From Nitrospirota bacterium (GTDB lineage: Bacteria; Nitrospirota; UBA9217), in the NCBI GenBank assembly GCA_963754875.1, contig CAVWHO010000022.1, positions 1 to 64,000 on the forward strand: a DNA stretch of 64,000 nt. The letters are read 5' to 3'. Under the pieces are notes generated by a model. The model was not told the DNA's origin and searched no databases. It was given only the letters and a program-made list of their open reading frames with translations. Shown here one piece after another: positions 25,127 through 35,174 of this stretch. Position 1 is the first letter of the stretch. Each line of letters begins with the position of its first letter. Position numbers and translations under genes: made by a program.

Positions 25127-26839
25127 CTATATCTCCATGATGATCGGCAGGATCATGGGCCTGCGCTCCATTCGCTTGTTGATGAATTTTTTGAGGCTGC
25201 TCCGCACCCGGGCGGAGACGAGCGACCAGTCGCCCTTTGCCTCGGGGACCATGAGCGTGAGCGTGTCCAGGACCACGTCCTTCACCTCGGCCAAAAGTTC
25301 CTGCGACGCGTCTTCGAATACGAACCCGCGGGAAACGATATCCGGCCCCGAGACCACCTTACCGGAGGTCTTCTCAATGCCGAGGATGACGATCACCACG
25401 CCGTCATGGGCAAGCTTCATCCGGTCCCTGAGCACCACCGTGTCCACACCCGCTTCCGCGGTAGAGCCGGCGGTCTTGCCGTCGATATACACCCTGCCTA
25501 CGTTCACCATGCCCGCGCGTCGGGCGCTCTGTTCCGTAAACTCCATCACCTCGCCGTTCTCGATGATGAAAATGTTCTCCTCGGGAATATTTACCTTCCT
25601 CGCAAGCTGGGAGTGATACACCAGGTGACGATACTCGCCGTGCACGGGGATGAAGTATTTCGGCTTGATAAGGGCGAGCATGAGCTTCAACTCTTCCTTG
25701 GACGCATGGCCCGAAACATGGATTTCCGAGACCTTCTCGTAGAAAACCTCGGCCCCGTGCTTGAACAGGTGGTTGATGATCCGCGTGATGCCGCGCTCGT
25801 TACCCGGGATCATTTTGGACGAGAGGATGATGGTGTCGCCTTTTTTAATCTGGAAGTGTTTGTGCTCGTTCGCTGCCATGCGCGAGAGCGCGCTCATGGG
25901 CTCGCCCTGGCTGCCCGTGGTGATCATCACGATCTCGTGGTCCGGCAAGGTCCTGAGCGCGTCGATCTTGAGCCACGTCTCCGGCGGCATCTTGAGATAG
26001 CCCAGGTCGAGCGCAATCTGGGCGTTGGCGATCATGCTCTTCCCGTTCAGGATCACCTTCCTCCCGTACATGACGGCCACGTCGATGATCTGCTGGACGC
26101 GGTGGATGTTCGACGCGAAGGTCGCTATCACGATCCTTCCTTTCGTGCGCGAAAAAATGTCTTCGAACCCCCGCCGCACCTCTTTCTCGGAAAAGGTGTA
26201 CCCGCCCTGCGAGGCGTTCGTGCTGTCCGAAAGGAGCACCAGCGTGCCCTTGTCCCCGTATTCGGCAAACGTCCTGAGGTCCATGACCTCGCCGTCCACG
26301 GGCGTGGGATCGATCTTGAAATCGCCGGTGTGGACCACGCGGCCCACAGGCGTGGTGATGCCGAGGCCGACGCCGTCCACGATGCTGTGGGTCACGCGGA
26401 TGAATTCAACCTTGAAACACCCCAGCTCGACCACGTCCCGAGGCTTGACCGGGATGAGTTCGGTTTCAACGTCCAGCTCGTGCTCCGTGAGCTTCTCTTT
26501 TATGAACCCGAGCGTAAGACGGGTGCCGTAGATCGGGACCTTTAATTCTTTTAACAGAAAGGGGAGCGCGCCGATGTGGTCCTCGTGCGCGTGCGTGATC
26601 ACCACCCCGCGGACCCGGTGCCTGTTCTCAAGGAGATAGGAAAAGTCGGGGATCACGATGTCCACGCCGAGCATTTCAGCGTCCGGGAACATAAGCCCCG
26701 CGTCGACGACCATGATGTCGTCTCCGTATTCGAACACAGTCATATTAAGCCCGATCTCACCCACACCGCCGAGCGGGATGATCGAGAGGGAGGGTTCGCT
26801 TGAAGCCGATGGGATCTCCGGGATAGGTGTGTCTGTCAC
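25127..26839 (-). CDS. rnj: Ribonuclease J
   Basis: IIPLGGVGEIGLNM, THAHEDHIG, HTGDFKID, TTGSQGEP, HVSGHA, PVHGEYRH, RRPMILPIIMEI. Confidence 0.97.
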   Translation of the reverse strand: MTDTPIPEIPSASSEPSLSIIPLGGVGEIGLNMTVFEYGDDIMVVDAGLMFPDAEMLGVDIVIPDFSYLLENRHRVRGVVITHAHEDHIGALPFLLKELKVPIYGTRLTLGFIKEKLTEHELDVETELIPVKPRDVVELGCFKVEFIRVTHSIVDGVGLGITTPVGRVVHTGDFKIDPTPVDGEVMDLRTFAEYGDKGTLVLLSDSTNASQGGYTFSEKEVRRGFEDIFSRTKGRIVIATFASNIHRVQQIIDVAVMYGRKVILNGKSMIANAQIALDLGYLKMPPETWLKIDALRTLPDHEIVMITTGSQGEPMSALSRMAANEHKHFQIKKGDTIILSSKMIPGNERGITRIINHLFKHGAEVFYEKVSEIHVSGHASKEELKLMLALIKPKYFIPVHGEYRHLVYHSQLARKVNIPEENIFIIENGEVMEFTEQSARRAGMVNVGRVYIDGKTAGSTAEAGVDTVVLRDRMKLAHDGVVIVILGIEKTSGKVVSGPDIVSRGFVFEDASQELLAEVKDVVLDTLTLMVPEAKGDWSLVSARVRSSLKKFINKRMERRPMILPIIMEI

Positions 26840-26893
26840 GTGGAATGAACTCCTGAAGAGAAATAGACGGGAAATCCGTCAGGGACGGATTCT

Positions 26894-26922
26894 ACTATAT
26901 GCTATTTGATGGTAATCGTCAA
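26894..26922 (-). promoter_or_regulatory. Sigma70-like promoter of rnj
   Basis: TTGACG-17 bp-TATAGT on the minus strand. Confidence 0.6.
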
Positions 26923-27007
26923 CCTTGTGATTAAGCGGTGTGGGAGAACAGAAATAGACAATAGTCGAGGTGTTTCATAACACTGGGGCGGTCATGAAAG
27001 AGGGGCG

Positions 27008-27166
27008 TCAGGCGGCTTTTTGATAAGGGTCCGCAGATCCTGCATCGATCGAGGCCTTAGCGATTGGCATGTTCCTCTGCGAAAAGGCCTCATACCCGAG
27101 GAATTCCGTTTCGCGTTGCTCGGTTTTTCGGAACAACAGACCCAGTATATGGAAAAGGCTTCTCAT
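27008..27166 (-). CDS. Hypothetical 52-aa protein
   Basis: MRSLFHILGLLFRKTEQ...PYQKAA*; below the ORF-track cutoff and preceded by a sigma28-like promoter. Confidence 0.4.
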   Translation of the reverse strand: MRSLFHILGLLFRKTEQRETEFLGYEAFSQRNMPIAKASIDAGSADPYQKAA

Positions 27167-27173
27167 GGTATTC

Positions 27174-27200
27174 TTATCGGAAAATGAGTAAAAAACTTTA
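27174..27200 (-). promoter_or_regulatory. Sigma28 (FliA)-like promoter
   Basis: TAAAGTTT...TCCGATAA matches TAAA-N15-GCCGATAA with one mismatch. Confidence 0.55.
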
Positions 27201-27360
27201 GGAGAATTGCAGGCAGGTCATGGAGAAGGCCCCTCTGATCGTTCAGGTGAAAGGCGCGGAGGACAGGTAGATAAAAACGGCTGAAAAATACTGGCTGGAA
27301 TCTGCATGATTGCCCGAGCTAAAGCCATCCCTTTAGGAAATTGGTCTTGGGCGACTGGAG

Positions 27361-27398
27361 AACACGTGGGTCACGCGCCGCTTTTGGCGCGTCGCTGT
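27361..27398 (-). other. Integron attC site, 3' part (central stem, L', R' GTT)
   Basis: ACAGCGACGCGCCAAAAGCGGCGCGTGACCCACGTGTT; pairs with the 5' part at 29537-29553 once the intron is removed. Confidence 0.7.
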
Positions 27399-29536
27399 TC
27401 CGGGTAGGAGCAGCGGTTGCCCGCCGCTCCCCCCACAGACCCGGACGTGCCCGATTAAGGCATCCGGTTCGTCAGTCACCGCAGGCCTTAGCCCGCGGCT
27501 AACCAAACAGGTGACGCGTCCCCGTTTGGCGCATAACTTTTGCTGTCCCTTGGCCCGGTCAGAAGTTGTGGATGATCCTGGGTTTCGGCAGCGGAAAGAC
27601 CCTCCGGTGGAAGCTGTCAAACTCCTCGACGGTCACGTAGCCTTTGCTGCAGCGCCTCCCTAGCCAGCGCCGCCAGGCTCGCTCAGTATGCTCAAATACC
27701 ACTTCAAGCATCTTGTAGTTTCCGCGAATCCCGTAGTACTGGTAGTAGCCGCGCAGCTTGGAACGCAGCGTTTTGTGCTGTTCCTCAATGGGTTCGTGCA
27801 TATTCTCCCGGCACCATTCCCATATAGCTTTCATGAACCTTCGGAGCCGCTTGCCGATTGTCTTTCGCTTGATGAACCAGTAACCGTGAAGCGATTTGGC
27901 CCAGTAATGGGTGAATCCGAGAAAATCGAATGTCCCATTTTCCTTTTCCGTCTCCTCTTTCGGGGACGGCTGGATGAACCGCACCAGCTTCGTCTTTTCG
28001 GGATGAATGGTCAGCTTGAAGCGGCTGAACCGTTTCGGCAGGACTTCCATGACCCGGCGGGCGTCGGCTTCGTGCTCGAAACCGATGATAAAATCATCGG
28101 CATACCGAATCAGAAAGCTCTTTCCCTTGAGGCGTGGCTGTACGTCCTGTACATACCATTCATCCAGCACATAGTGCAGGAATATGTTGGCGAGCATCGG
28201 CGATGCTACTCCGCCCTGTGGGGTGCCGTTGTCGGGATATATCATGCTCCCGCCGTCGAGCACTCCGGCATTGAGCCATTTGCCGATGAGCCTCAGTATT
28301 CCTCCATCCTTCACTTTCTTCTCGATGAAGCTTCTGAGCATTTCGTGATTGATGGTATCGAAAAATCCGCTTACATCCGCATCCACTATCCAGTTGATGT
28401 TCAGTTTGATGCACTGTTCTCGTAGTTCCCGTATCGCCTGATGCTGACTATGACCTTTTCTGAAGCCATGGGAGAACGATTGGAATATCGGCTCGAAGAT
28501 GACTTCCAGGATCATGACCACCGCTCGTTGGACGATCTTGTCTTCGTAGCAGGGTTTGCCTATCGGTCTCAGCTTGCCGTCTTCCTTCTTGATCCATACC
28601 CGTTCGACGGGCGGAGCCACGTAACGGCTTGATTTGAGCCGTTCGTGCAGGTCGTGGAGGTTTCCGTACAAGGCTTCGGCGTATTCTTGTGCCGTGACCT
28701 TATCCACCCCTGGCGCACTGTCTTTGCTCGTCCGGTGGTAGGCTTCCAAGAGAAGTTCATGATCGATCAGGTGATACAGATTGTTGAACACCATCTCCGG
28801 ATACTTCCGTGCCTGTTCCGCAACCTTCTGGAGTTTCGGTGATATGATTGGCGATCCCGGAGTATCTCTCATAGTTCCTTCCAGAAGACGTTATGCCCGG
28901 CCTTTCCTTCCCTTGAGTGGGTCCCTTGGACCTCGGTTCCCCACCTTCCCGGTCCCGGATGCTTTGGGACCATCGGTACTATGATCGGCTAAGACTGCCT
29001 GACGCCCGTCTCGCAGCACTTCGCTTTAGGTGGCGCTACGATACCATGCTTGCTCTCTGGTTTCGATCGTCGGCATTAGAGAGCGCGTTACCGACGCCAT
29101 GGACTTTGTTCCGCCGGTGTCCGTCCGGCTGTTCAGCATGGAAACATCAGGCTCTCTCAAGTTCCCGAGTTATCCCTTTGTGTGCGTGCCCCGCTCTAAG
29201 ATCCCGGTGGTGTCCCTTTCGCTCGCCGTAGCGCTCCGGGGACTGCTGCCTTCCGTTGGGTCCATACGTTGGCTTTCCCTCCGATGCTTTGAAGGTTATC
29301 CTACTGTCCACAACTATACATATTTCGGGATTCAATAACACGGCCTGCAAACTTGCTCCGCCCGGCTTCGCACCTTTCCTCACGGAAACGCACGCGGGCT
29401 TCGCTACCGACCTGCCGGCTAGGCTTTAGTCGGATGGGACTTGAGCAATCGGCGCTCTCACCCACTGGACAACAATGACAGATTTCATCGCGCCTCACGG
29501 CGGGATTCCCACTGTCTTGGGCTTACCTTAACGCAA
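27399..29536 (-). mobile_element. Group II intron (~2.14 kb) inserted in an attC site
   Basis: 5' end TTGCG at 29536; domain V/VI GAACCGGATGCCTTAATCGGGCACGTCCGGGTCTGTGGGGGG...CTCCTACCCGGA at ~27399-27470; internal RT/maturase ORF. Boundaries +/-1-2 nt. Confidence 0.9.
27559..28872 (-). CDS. ltrA: Group II intron reverse transcriptase/maturase (no endonuclease domain)
   Basis: APGVD, RPIGKP, SHGFRKG, DADVSGFFD, GTPQGG, RYADDF, FDFLGF, LRGYYQYYG; ends after domain X. Confidence 0.95.
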   Translation of the reverse strand: MRDTPGSPIISPKLQKVAEQARKYPEMVFNNLYHLIDHELLLEAYHRTSKDSAPGVDKVTAQEYAEALYGNLHDLHERLKSSRYVAPPVERVWIKKEDGKLRPIGKPCYEDKIVQRAVVMILEVIFEPIFQSFSHGFRKGHSQHQAIRELREQCIKLNINWIVDADVSGFFDTINHEMLRSFIEKKVKDGGILRLIGKWLNAGVLDGGSMIYPDNGTPQGGVASPMLANIFLHYVLDEWYVQDVQPRLKGKSFLIRYADDFIIGFEHEADARRVMEVLPKRFSRFKLTIHPEKTKLVRFIQPSPKEETEKENGTFDFLGFTHYWAKSLHGYWFIKRKTIGKRLRRFMKAIWEWCRENMHEPIEEQHKTLRSKLRGYYQYYGIRGNYKMLEVVFEHTERAWRRWLGRRCSKGYVTVEEFDSFHRRVFPLPKPRIIHNF

Positions 29537-29553
29537 GGACCCACAGGTTGGAA
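29537..29553 (-). other. Integron attC site, 5' part (R'' TTCCAAC and L'')
   Basis: TTCCAACCTGTGGGTCC lies directly before the intron 5' end, 36 nt after the cassette gene stop. Confidence 0.7.
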
Positions 29554-29589
29554 CATCGGGTGTGCAGTACCGCACTGGCTCTTGATCTT

Positions 29590-29793
29590 TCACAGTACTT
29601 TATTTATGAGCAACATTACGCCGACACAAATTATGCACCATACGATTATGATTATTGTCTTTAATAGTGGGTTGTGTACCTTGAGCTTTCTTACAATAAC
29701 CTGATATACGCGTGGTGTAAGAACTAATAAAATGATGCCACACATGATGAGAAAAACAATGTTAACGAATTGCAGATGCTGAAAAAGCCGCAT
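29590..29793 (-). CDS. AT-rich 2-TM small protein, probable integron cassette gene
   Basis: GAGG RBS, two hydrophobic helices, low GC, followed by attC. Confidence 0.6.
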   Translation of the reverse strand: MRLFQHLQFVNIVFLIMCGIILLVLTPRVYQVIVRKLKVHNPLLKTIIIIVWCIICVGVMLLINKVL

Positions 29794-29984
29794 TATATCC
29801 GTCCTCGTTTCTATTAGCCGCTTCGCGCATGCCTTTTTTGGCAGGCTCGAATCGATTAGCTCTGATGATTAATAGCGTTTGGTTGGATAGCTATATGGCC
29901 TTTATTTATTCGGATTCTACTTTTTATGCATCCAACCAGTTCTTATAGGGACGGAAACCGCCACATTGACCTGCGTTCGGCTGA

Positions 29985-31517
29985 TCAACTGATCTTTCTA
30001 TCCAGGCTCCGGTATTGAATCGCCTCCGAGATATGATGCGGTCCTATTTTCTCGCTGCTCTCCAGATCAGCTATGGTCCGCGCTACTTTTAATACGCGAC
30101 TATACGCCCGCGCAGAGAGTCCCAGCCGGTTCATCGCCTTTTCCATAAGACTGAGCGAGTCTTCATCGATCTTGCAGTACTTCCGAATATGCCGCGGCTT
30201 CATGTGGGCATTGGCGTAGATGTTGTCTGATTTAAAGCGCTCCTGCTGGATCGCCCGTGCGCGCGTCACGCGCTCACGAATGGCGGTTGACGGTTCAGCC
30301 GTCGTGTCCGATGCGATCTCGTTGAACTTGATCGCAGGAACTTCTATATGAATGTCGATTCTATCCATGAGCGGTCCGGACACTTTTGAGCGATACGTCT
30401 GGATCTGGTGAGGTGTGCATATACATTGGTGTAGCGGGTCCCCGCTAAACCCGCATTTGCAGGGGTTCATGGCTGCCACGAGCATGAGCGAGGCAGGATA
30501 GGTGAGCGAGGTCACGGCGCGGGAGATCGTTACTTGTCCGTCTTCAAGCGGCTGGCGAAGAGCTTCGAGCACGTTGCGTTTGAACTCCGGCAATTCATCG
30601 AGGAAGAGGATGCCGTTGTGCGACAGGCTCACTTCGCCGGGTTTCGGAATCTGGCCGCCGCCGATGAGCCCCGCGTCGGAAATCGTGTGGTGGGGGGAGC
30701 GGTACGGGCGCGTGGCGATAAGCGGCTGGCCTTTCTTGAGCAGGCCCATGATGCTGTGGATCTTCGTCGTTTCGATCGACTCGTCGAAGCTCATCTGCGG
30801 CAGGACCGTGGGAAGCCTGCGCGCCAGCATGGTCTTGCCCGAGCCCGGAGGTCCGATCATGATGATGTTGTGTCCTCCGGCAGCAGCGACCTCGATCGCG
30901 CGCTTTGCATGCTCCTGGCCTTTGACCTCGGAGAAATCCTCCTGATAGGCGGAATAGGTTTCAAAGGCGCTTCGGACATTGATGCGGACTGCTTCCTGGA
31001 AGGCTGTCCCGGAAAGGAACTCGACGACCTGCGGCAGGGTGTGCATACTGAAGATATCAAGAGACTCGACGACCGCCGCCTCCTGCGCGTTGTCTGCCGG
31101 GATCACCATGCCGCGATAGCCCGCTTTTTTCGCGAGCACCGCCATCGAGAGTGCGCCGCGGACGGGTTTGACCCTGCCGTCGAGCGAGAGCTCGCCCACG
31201 ATCAGATAGCCGGAAACCTGTTCCTGCGTCAGGATGCCCTCGGCGATCAGCATGCCGACAGCGATGGGCAGATCAAAGGCCGAGCCTTCTTTCTTGATGT
31301 CCGCCGGCGCGAGGTTGACGACGACTTGCTTTAAGGGAAAATCGAAACCCGTATTCTTGAGCGCAGCGCGGACGCGCTCTTTACTTTCCTTCACGGCTGC
31401 ATCGGGAAGCCCTACGGTGGAGAAGAAAGGGAGCCCCCTGCTCGCAACATCGACCTCAACTTCAACAGGATAGGCGTCGATGCCGAGCACTGCAGAGCTG
31501 ATGACCTTCGCCAGCAT
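29985..31517 (-). CDS. comM: YifB/ComM Mg-chelatase-like AAA ATPase
   Basis: [63 protein letters not shown]. Confidence 0.95.
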   Translation of the reverse strand: MLAKVISSAVLGIDAYPVEVEVDVASRGLPFFSTVGLPDAAVKESKERVRAALKNTGFDFPLKQVVVNLAPADIKKEGSAFDLPIAVGMLIAEGILTQEQVSGYLIVGELSLDGRVKPVRGALSMAVLAKKAGYRGMVIPADNAQEAAVVESLDIFSMHTLPQVVEFLSGTAFQEAVRINVRSAFETYSAYQEDFSEVKGQEHAKRAIEVAAAGGHNIIMIGPPGSGKTMLARRLPTVLPQMSFDESIETTKIHSIMGLLKKGQPLIATRPYRSPHHTISDAGLIGGGQIPKPGEVSLSHNGILFLDELPEFKRNVLEALRQPLEDGQVTISRAVTSLTYPASLMLVAAMNPCKCGFSGDPLHQCICTPHQIQTYRSKVSGPLMDRIDIHIEVPAIKFNEIASDTTAEPSTAIRERVTRARAIQQERFKSDNIYANAHMKPRHIRKYCKIDEDSLSLMEKAMNRLGLSARAYSRVLKVARTIADLESSEKIGPHHISEAIQYRSLDRKIS

Positions 31518-31704
31518 GGTACCTCCGGAGGATGGGTACAGGATGCGAGAAAAGAAGACAACCCGTCATGGAACGTGCATCTGAATCAAGTATCAAGGGT
31601 TGTCAGGTTTCGTATCGTTATAGCAGAGAAAACGGGGTGAGTCAATCAAAAGTAGGGGGCCTTGTTCTTGCCCCGCAGGAGCGGGTCAGATTCGCAGAGC
31701 TCTT

Positions 31705-33315
31705 CTACATCTGGATCCGCGTTACGAAGGCGCCGATGAACTTCATGTGACGCACGTAATCGGAAAAGGGGACTTCCTTAACCACGCCGCCGCCGGGCCG
31801 ATCATTGCGGTCCTTGTCGCCCGCAGCGTGAATGAGGTAGGGTCTGCCGGACTTGATGTGGACGATCGAAAGATGGGACACGATCTCTTCAACGACGCGC
31901 TTCTTCGGGTCCTTGACCCAGTAAACGATGTCGCCGTCCTGAAGGTTCTTCTGGAGCGCCCTGACCAGGAGGACTTTTTTCGGCAGGATATCCACCGTGT
32001 CTTTGCCGCGGGAGCCGGGGATCGTCGTGGTCGAGCCGAGCTCGGCGGTGATGTTCTTCCCCCACTTGCCGCTCATGACCATGTCCTCGCCGTACTGAAA
32101 CCGTTCGTCGTAGTTGGTGACGAGTCCGTCCACGAGTTTGCCCTGCGTAATGAACCGGAGCGAAAGCGCCTTGTCGATGGCCTCGCGGGGGGTCGTGCTC
32201 TCCGCAAGCTCGACGGACCGGAAGGCGTGGTACATGCAGTCGGCCTTCTCGTCGGCCACGATCCGTTTTGTTCGAACGTAGAGCCCGAGCGGGTCTGGAT
32301 CGTAGGGCGTGCCGATAAAGCGTCCGGCCCAGTAGGCGATCCGTTTTCCGACCGGCAGCTTTGCAACGCGCGCTTGTGCGATCAGGATCTCGTCGGCGGT
32401 CAGGTCAGCGAGTTTCTTGCTCTCATCCGGACCGGCGCCGATGAGCCGGAGCCCGTATTGAAGTGAGTTGGCAAACCTGCGGTCATGGATGCCGGCCTGT
32501 CGGACGGTGCCCTTTTTCCCGACCTGGAGGAACCGTCCGTTTCCCAGATACAGACCCTGGTTCCCTCCGTAGAAGATGAGGAGGTCTCCTGCTTCGAGCT
32601 CCTTCCTCGACACCTTCTCTGCATTCGCTTTCAGTTCTCCTCGGTCCCTGCTGATCAGGATCCCATGGATGCGGTAGGTGATGTAAATGAGACCACTGGT
32701 ATCGATGCCCTGGGCGGTCATGCCGCCTGCAAGATAGCGCTCTCCCTGGAACCGCTTGGCCGTAGTTGCAATCTCTTCCGGTTTTGTATCGTTCACGAGA
32801 GGATCGGAGGATTTCACCGGCATGGCTTCGGCAGCATTGATGATCGCCACGGACCAGTCGGGAAACTGGACCTTGTAGCCCTCCGCGTTCTGTTGAAGAA
32901 CCGGAAGGTGCGTGCCGCCATAGAGCGGCACCGTATGATTGCCCGTTTTGTCCAGAATGAGCGCCTCGGTCTTGGGTGTCGCCACGACGATCCACTGTCG
33001 CTTCGCATTCAGGTAGGCGCGTCCCTTGTCCTTCAGGACCTGTACCGCTTCCTGCTGGACCCAGCCCTCTTCATTGTCCTGGCTCGGGATGGCAACATGG
33101 TAGCGGTTGTCCTGTTTTTCCAGGATGCGGACCTCGTCTCCCATGAGCACCTGGGTAGCCAGCTTCGACTTCGGCAGCGGCTCTTTGTGCACATTGGCAA
33201 GCGGTGCAGTGACGATCCCTAATGTATTGGGTGCAGGCTCCTGCGCAGTAACGACGGTTGGTACGAGAACAGCAAGGCACCAAAGAAGGAGTACTATGGG
33301 GAATTTTTTTTTCAT
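31705..33315 (-). CDS. Exported SH3 + NlpC/P60-like + DUF1460 amidase-like peptidoglycan hydrolase
   Basis: Signal peptide, SH3-like region (TQVLMGDEV...EGWV), NlpC/P60-like YLAGG...GIDTSG, and DUF1460-like FIGTPY...ADCMYH...SHLSI...LIHAA. Confidence 0.75.
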   Translation of the reverse strand: MKKKFPIVLLLWCLAVLVPTVVTAQEPAPNTLGIVTAPLANVHKEPLPKSKLATQVLMGDEVRILEKQDNRYHVAIPSQDNEEGWVQQEAVQVLKDKGRAYLNAKRQWIVVATPKTEALILDKTGNHTVPLYGGTHLPVLQQNAEGYKVQFPDWSVAIINAAEAMPVKSSDPLVNDTKPEEIATTAKRFQGERYLAGGMTAQGIDTSGLIYITYRIHGILISRDRGELKANAEKVSRKELEAGDLLIFYGGNQGLYLGNGRFLQVGKKGTVRQAGIHDRRFANSLQYGLRLIGAGPDESKKLADLTADEILIAQARVAKLPVGKRIAYWAGRFIGTPYDPDPLGLYVRTKRIVADEKADCMYHAFRSVELAESTTPREAIDKALSLRFITQGKLVDGLVTNYDERFQYGEDMVMSGKWGKNITAELGSTTTIPGSRGKDTVDILPKKVLLVRALQKNLQDGDIVYWVKDPKKRVVEEIVSHLSIVHIKSGRPYLIHAAGDKDRNDRPGGGVVKEVPFSDYVRHMKFIGAFVTRIQM

Positions 33316-33645
33316 TCGGATCAGTTCAGGACTGCACGATGGAGAACTGCATGCTCGTTCACTGCGGTACAATAAATGGTGCCGAAGGAAGGACACCCCA
33401 CTTGAGGTACACACACTCTTCCCCCTCACTGCGGGTGCAATATATCATAGTGGACTTTAAACTGTCAACGGCTAAAAGGGACAGCTGAATCGACGCATCC
33501 GAAGAACACTCAGCCTGTATTAGTAAGGGGCCTGGCGATTATTACCTTGAGATAATATGATAGCCCTGTCCACGATAATATAAATGCACCGTAAAAACTG
33601 AAAAATCGAGCCACTCAAAAATATATAATACATAATAACAAGTAC

Positions 33646-33674
33646 TTGACATGTTATAATACTTAATTTATACT
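33646..33674 (+). promoter_or_regulatory. Near-consensus sigma70 promoter of the recombinase operon
   Basis: TTGACA-17 bp-TATACT in an AT-rich island edge. Confidence 0.7.
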
Positions 33675-33723
33675 TTAAAACGTATTTAAAAATAATAACA
33701 GCTCTCCAATTAATACCATACGT

Positions 33724-33766
33724 AAACTACCAAACCATAGTCTTTTTAGACATAGTTTGGTAGTTT
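33724..33766. repeat. 12-bp perfect inverted repeat in the 5' leader
   Basis: AAACTACCAAAC-N19-GTTTGGTAGTTT. Confidence 0.8.
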
Positions 33767-33788
33767 TAGGTATTAAAAGCCATTATCT

Positions 33789-35174
33789 ATGAACAATAAC
33801 GATTCCCTCAAGGTTGGTAAGTACGTCATCAGGCTAATAGATAGGCGTAAAGTTAGCATCCTCATCCCACCGGAATGCATAATCCCTCTGCCGGATAACT
33901 TTGGTCCGGCTACCCTCAGTCAACTCGAAGAACTACTTTTTTATCCCCCCGTTCTCCAGCATCTCGGCGGCAAGCGCTATAAGCTGTTGGCCCGCCATTG
34001 GCTTTCGACCTTTATTGTTGATAACCTCATAGACGTCTTCCCCGCCATTATTTTGCCCAAAAAGGGGAAAGAGAAAGAACAGGTGTCGGTCTTCGAGGAT
34101 ATCGGGATTCGGGAGTTAGGCTGGCTCGGGTTAAGTGAGCCGGCGAAGACCCTGGAATCAGTACCGATGGAGGCAAATAAGAAGCTAACGGCGGAGTCAT
34201 CCGGAGAGGTTTCGACAGGGGCAGCCCTTCAGGCTGAACCTCTGTCAATTCCACAAGGACCTGCGGAAACCGTGACGACACCTCATAGTTCGTCTGAACC
34301 GCGGGAAATAGTGATGCCCCCGAATGACATGTTGAAGCCGACAGAAATAGCTTCAATCTCCGCAGTCACTTCAGTGCTGGACGTATCTGTGACATCCCCT
34401 CAAGATGCACCGGAGACAGAGGGCTTGTGGGATACAACGAGCTCAAGAATACGATCTCGTCAAACAGGACGTTTATGTCCTTTTTGCGGAGGACCGCTTG
34501 TTTACCGTACAGGGGAAATCCCGCTGGATTCCGACTTCTACCGCGTAATTGCTTGTGACTACCGGACGAGTCCAAAAATAAAGTGTAAATTCTCACTCGA
34601 CATAACCGAATGGGAAGATCATAAATTTAGGGCATTTGAGTTTACGACAGCCGATTACGTGAAACCTGCGCCGGGCAAAATCTGCAAATGCAAAGAAGCC
34701 ATGTATCACAGGACCATTCACACCAGCGATACAGATATAAGAGAAGAGTACTATTGCAGAACCAGATTGGTTGAACGGGCAGGTAGATACTCATCGGACG
34801 ATTTCAAGATATTAGAGGCGATACGGCGGAAGTTGACCATCAAACAACTGTGCGATGCCATCGTCAAGGCGAACCTTGACATTGGTTTCCCCAAAAAGAA
34901 GAATGGTCTCCCCTGGCTCAACGATCTACTCGCGAATCCCAGTCTTCCAAAAGCGATGGACAAGCGCAATCTCAAGTCTTTCATTCGCAACGCAGACGGC
35001 TTAAGGGAATTTGTCTCATCACTGCTTAATCAAGGGCCAAAGAAATATTCCAAATTCGAATTAGAGAATATCATGCTGTTTAACCGTATCAGGATCGAGA
35101 GAGCATTCTCAGGATCGCCTCGGCTCTTTCAAGATGGCTTCGATTACTGCAAATATAGAGAACCTTTAAAATGA
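33789..35174 (+). CDS. Hypothetical protein with Zn-ribbon motifs and a possible ParB-like N-terminus
   Basis: PPVLQHLGGKRYKLLA; CPFCGGPL...C...CKF; CKCK...C; ATGA overlap with the next gene. Confidence 0.65.
   Translation: MNNNDSLKVGKYVIRLIDRRKVSILIPPECIIPLPDNFGPATLSQLEELLFYPPVLQHLGGKRYKLLARHWLSTFIVDNLIDVFPAIILPKKGKEKEQVSVFEDIGIRELGWLGLSEPAKTLESVPMEANKKLTAESSGEVSTGAALQAEPLSIPQGPAETVTTPHSSSEPREIVMPPNDMLKPTEIASISAVTSVLDVSVTSPQDAPETEGLWDTTSSRIRSRQTGRLCPFCGGPLVYRTGEIPLDSDFYRVIACDYRTSPKIKCKFSLDITEWEDHKFRAFEFTTADYVKPAPGKICKCKEAMYHRTIHTSDTDIREEYYCRTRLVERAGRYSSDDFKILEAIRRKLTIKQLCDAIVKANLDIGFPKKKNGLPWLNDLLANPSLPKAMDKRNLKSFIRNADGLREFVSSLLNQGPKKYSKFELENIMLFNRIRIERAFSGSPRLFQDGFDYCKYREPLK

Noticed and set aside
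29985..31517. comM disrupted by an island
   Set aside because: The ORF is intact; the mobile material lies downstream of its stop.
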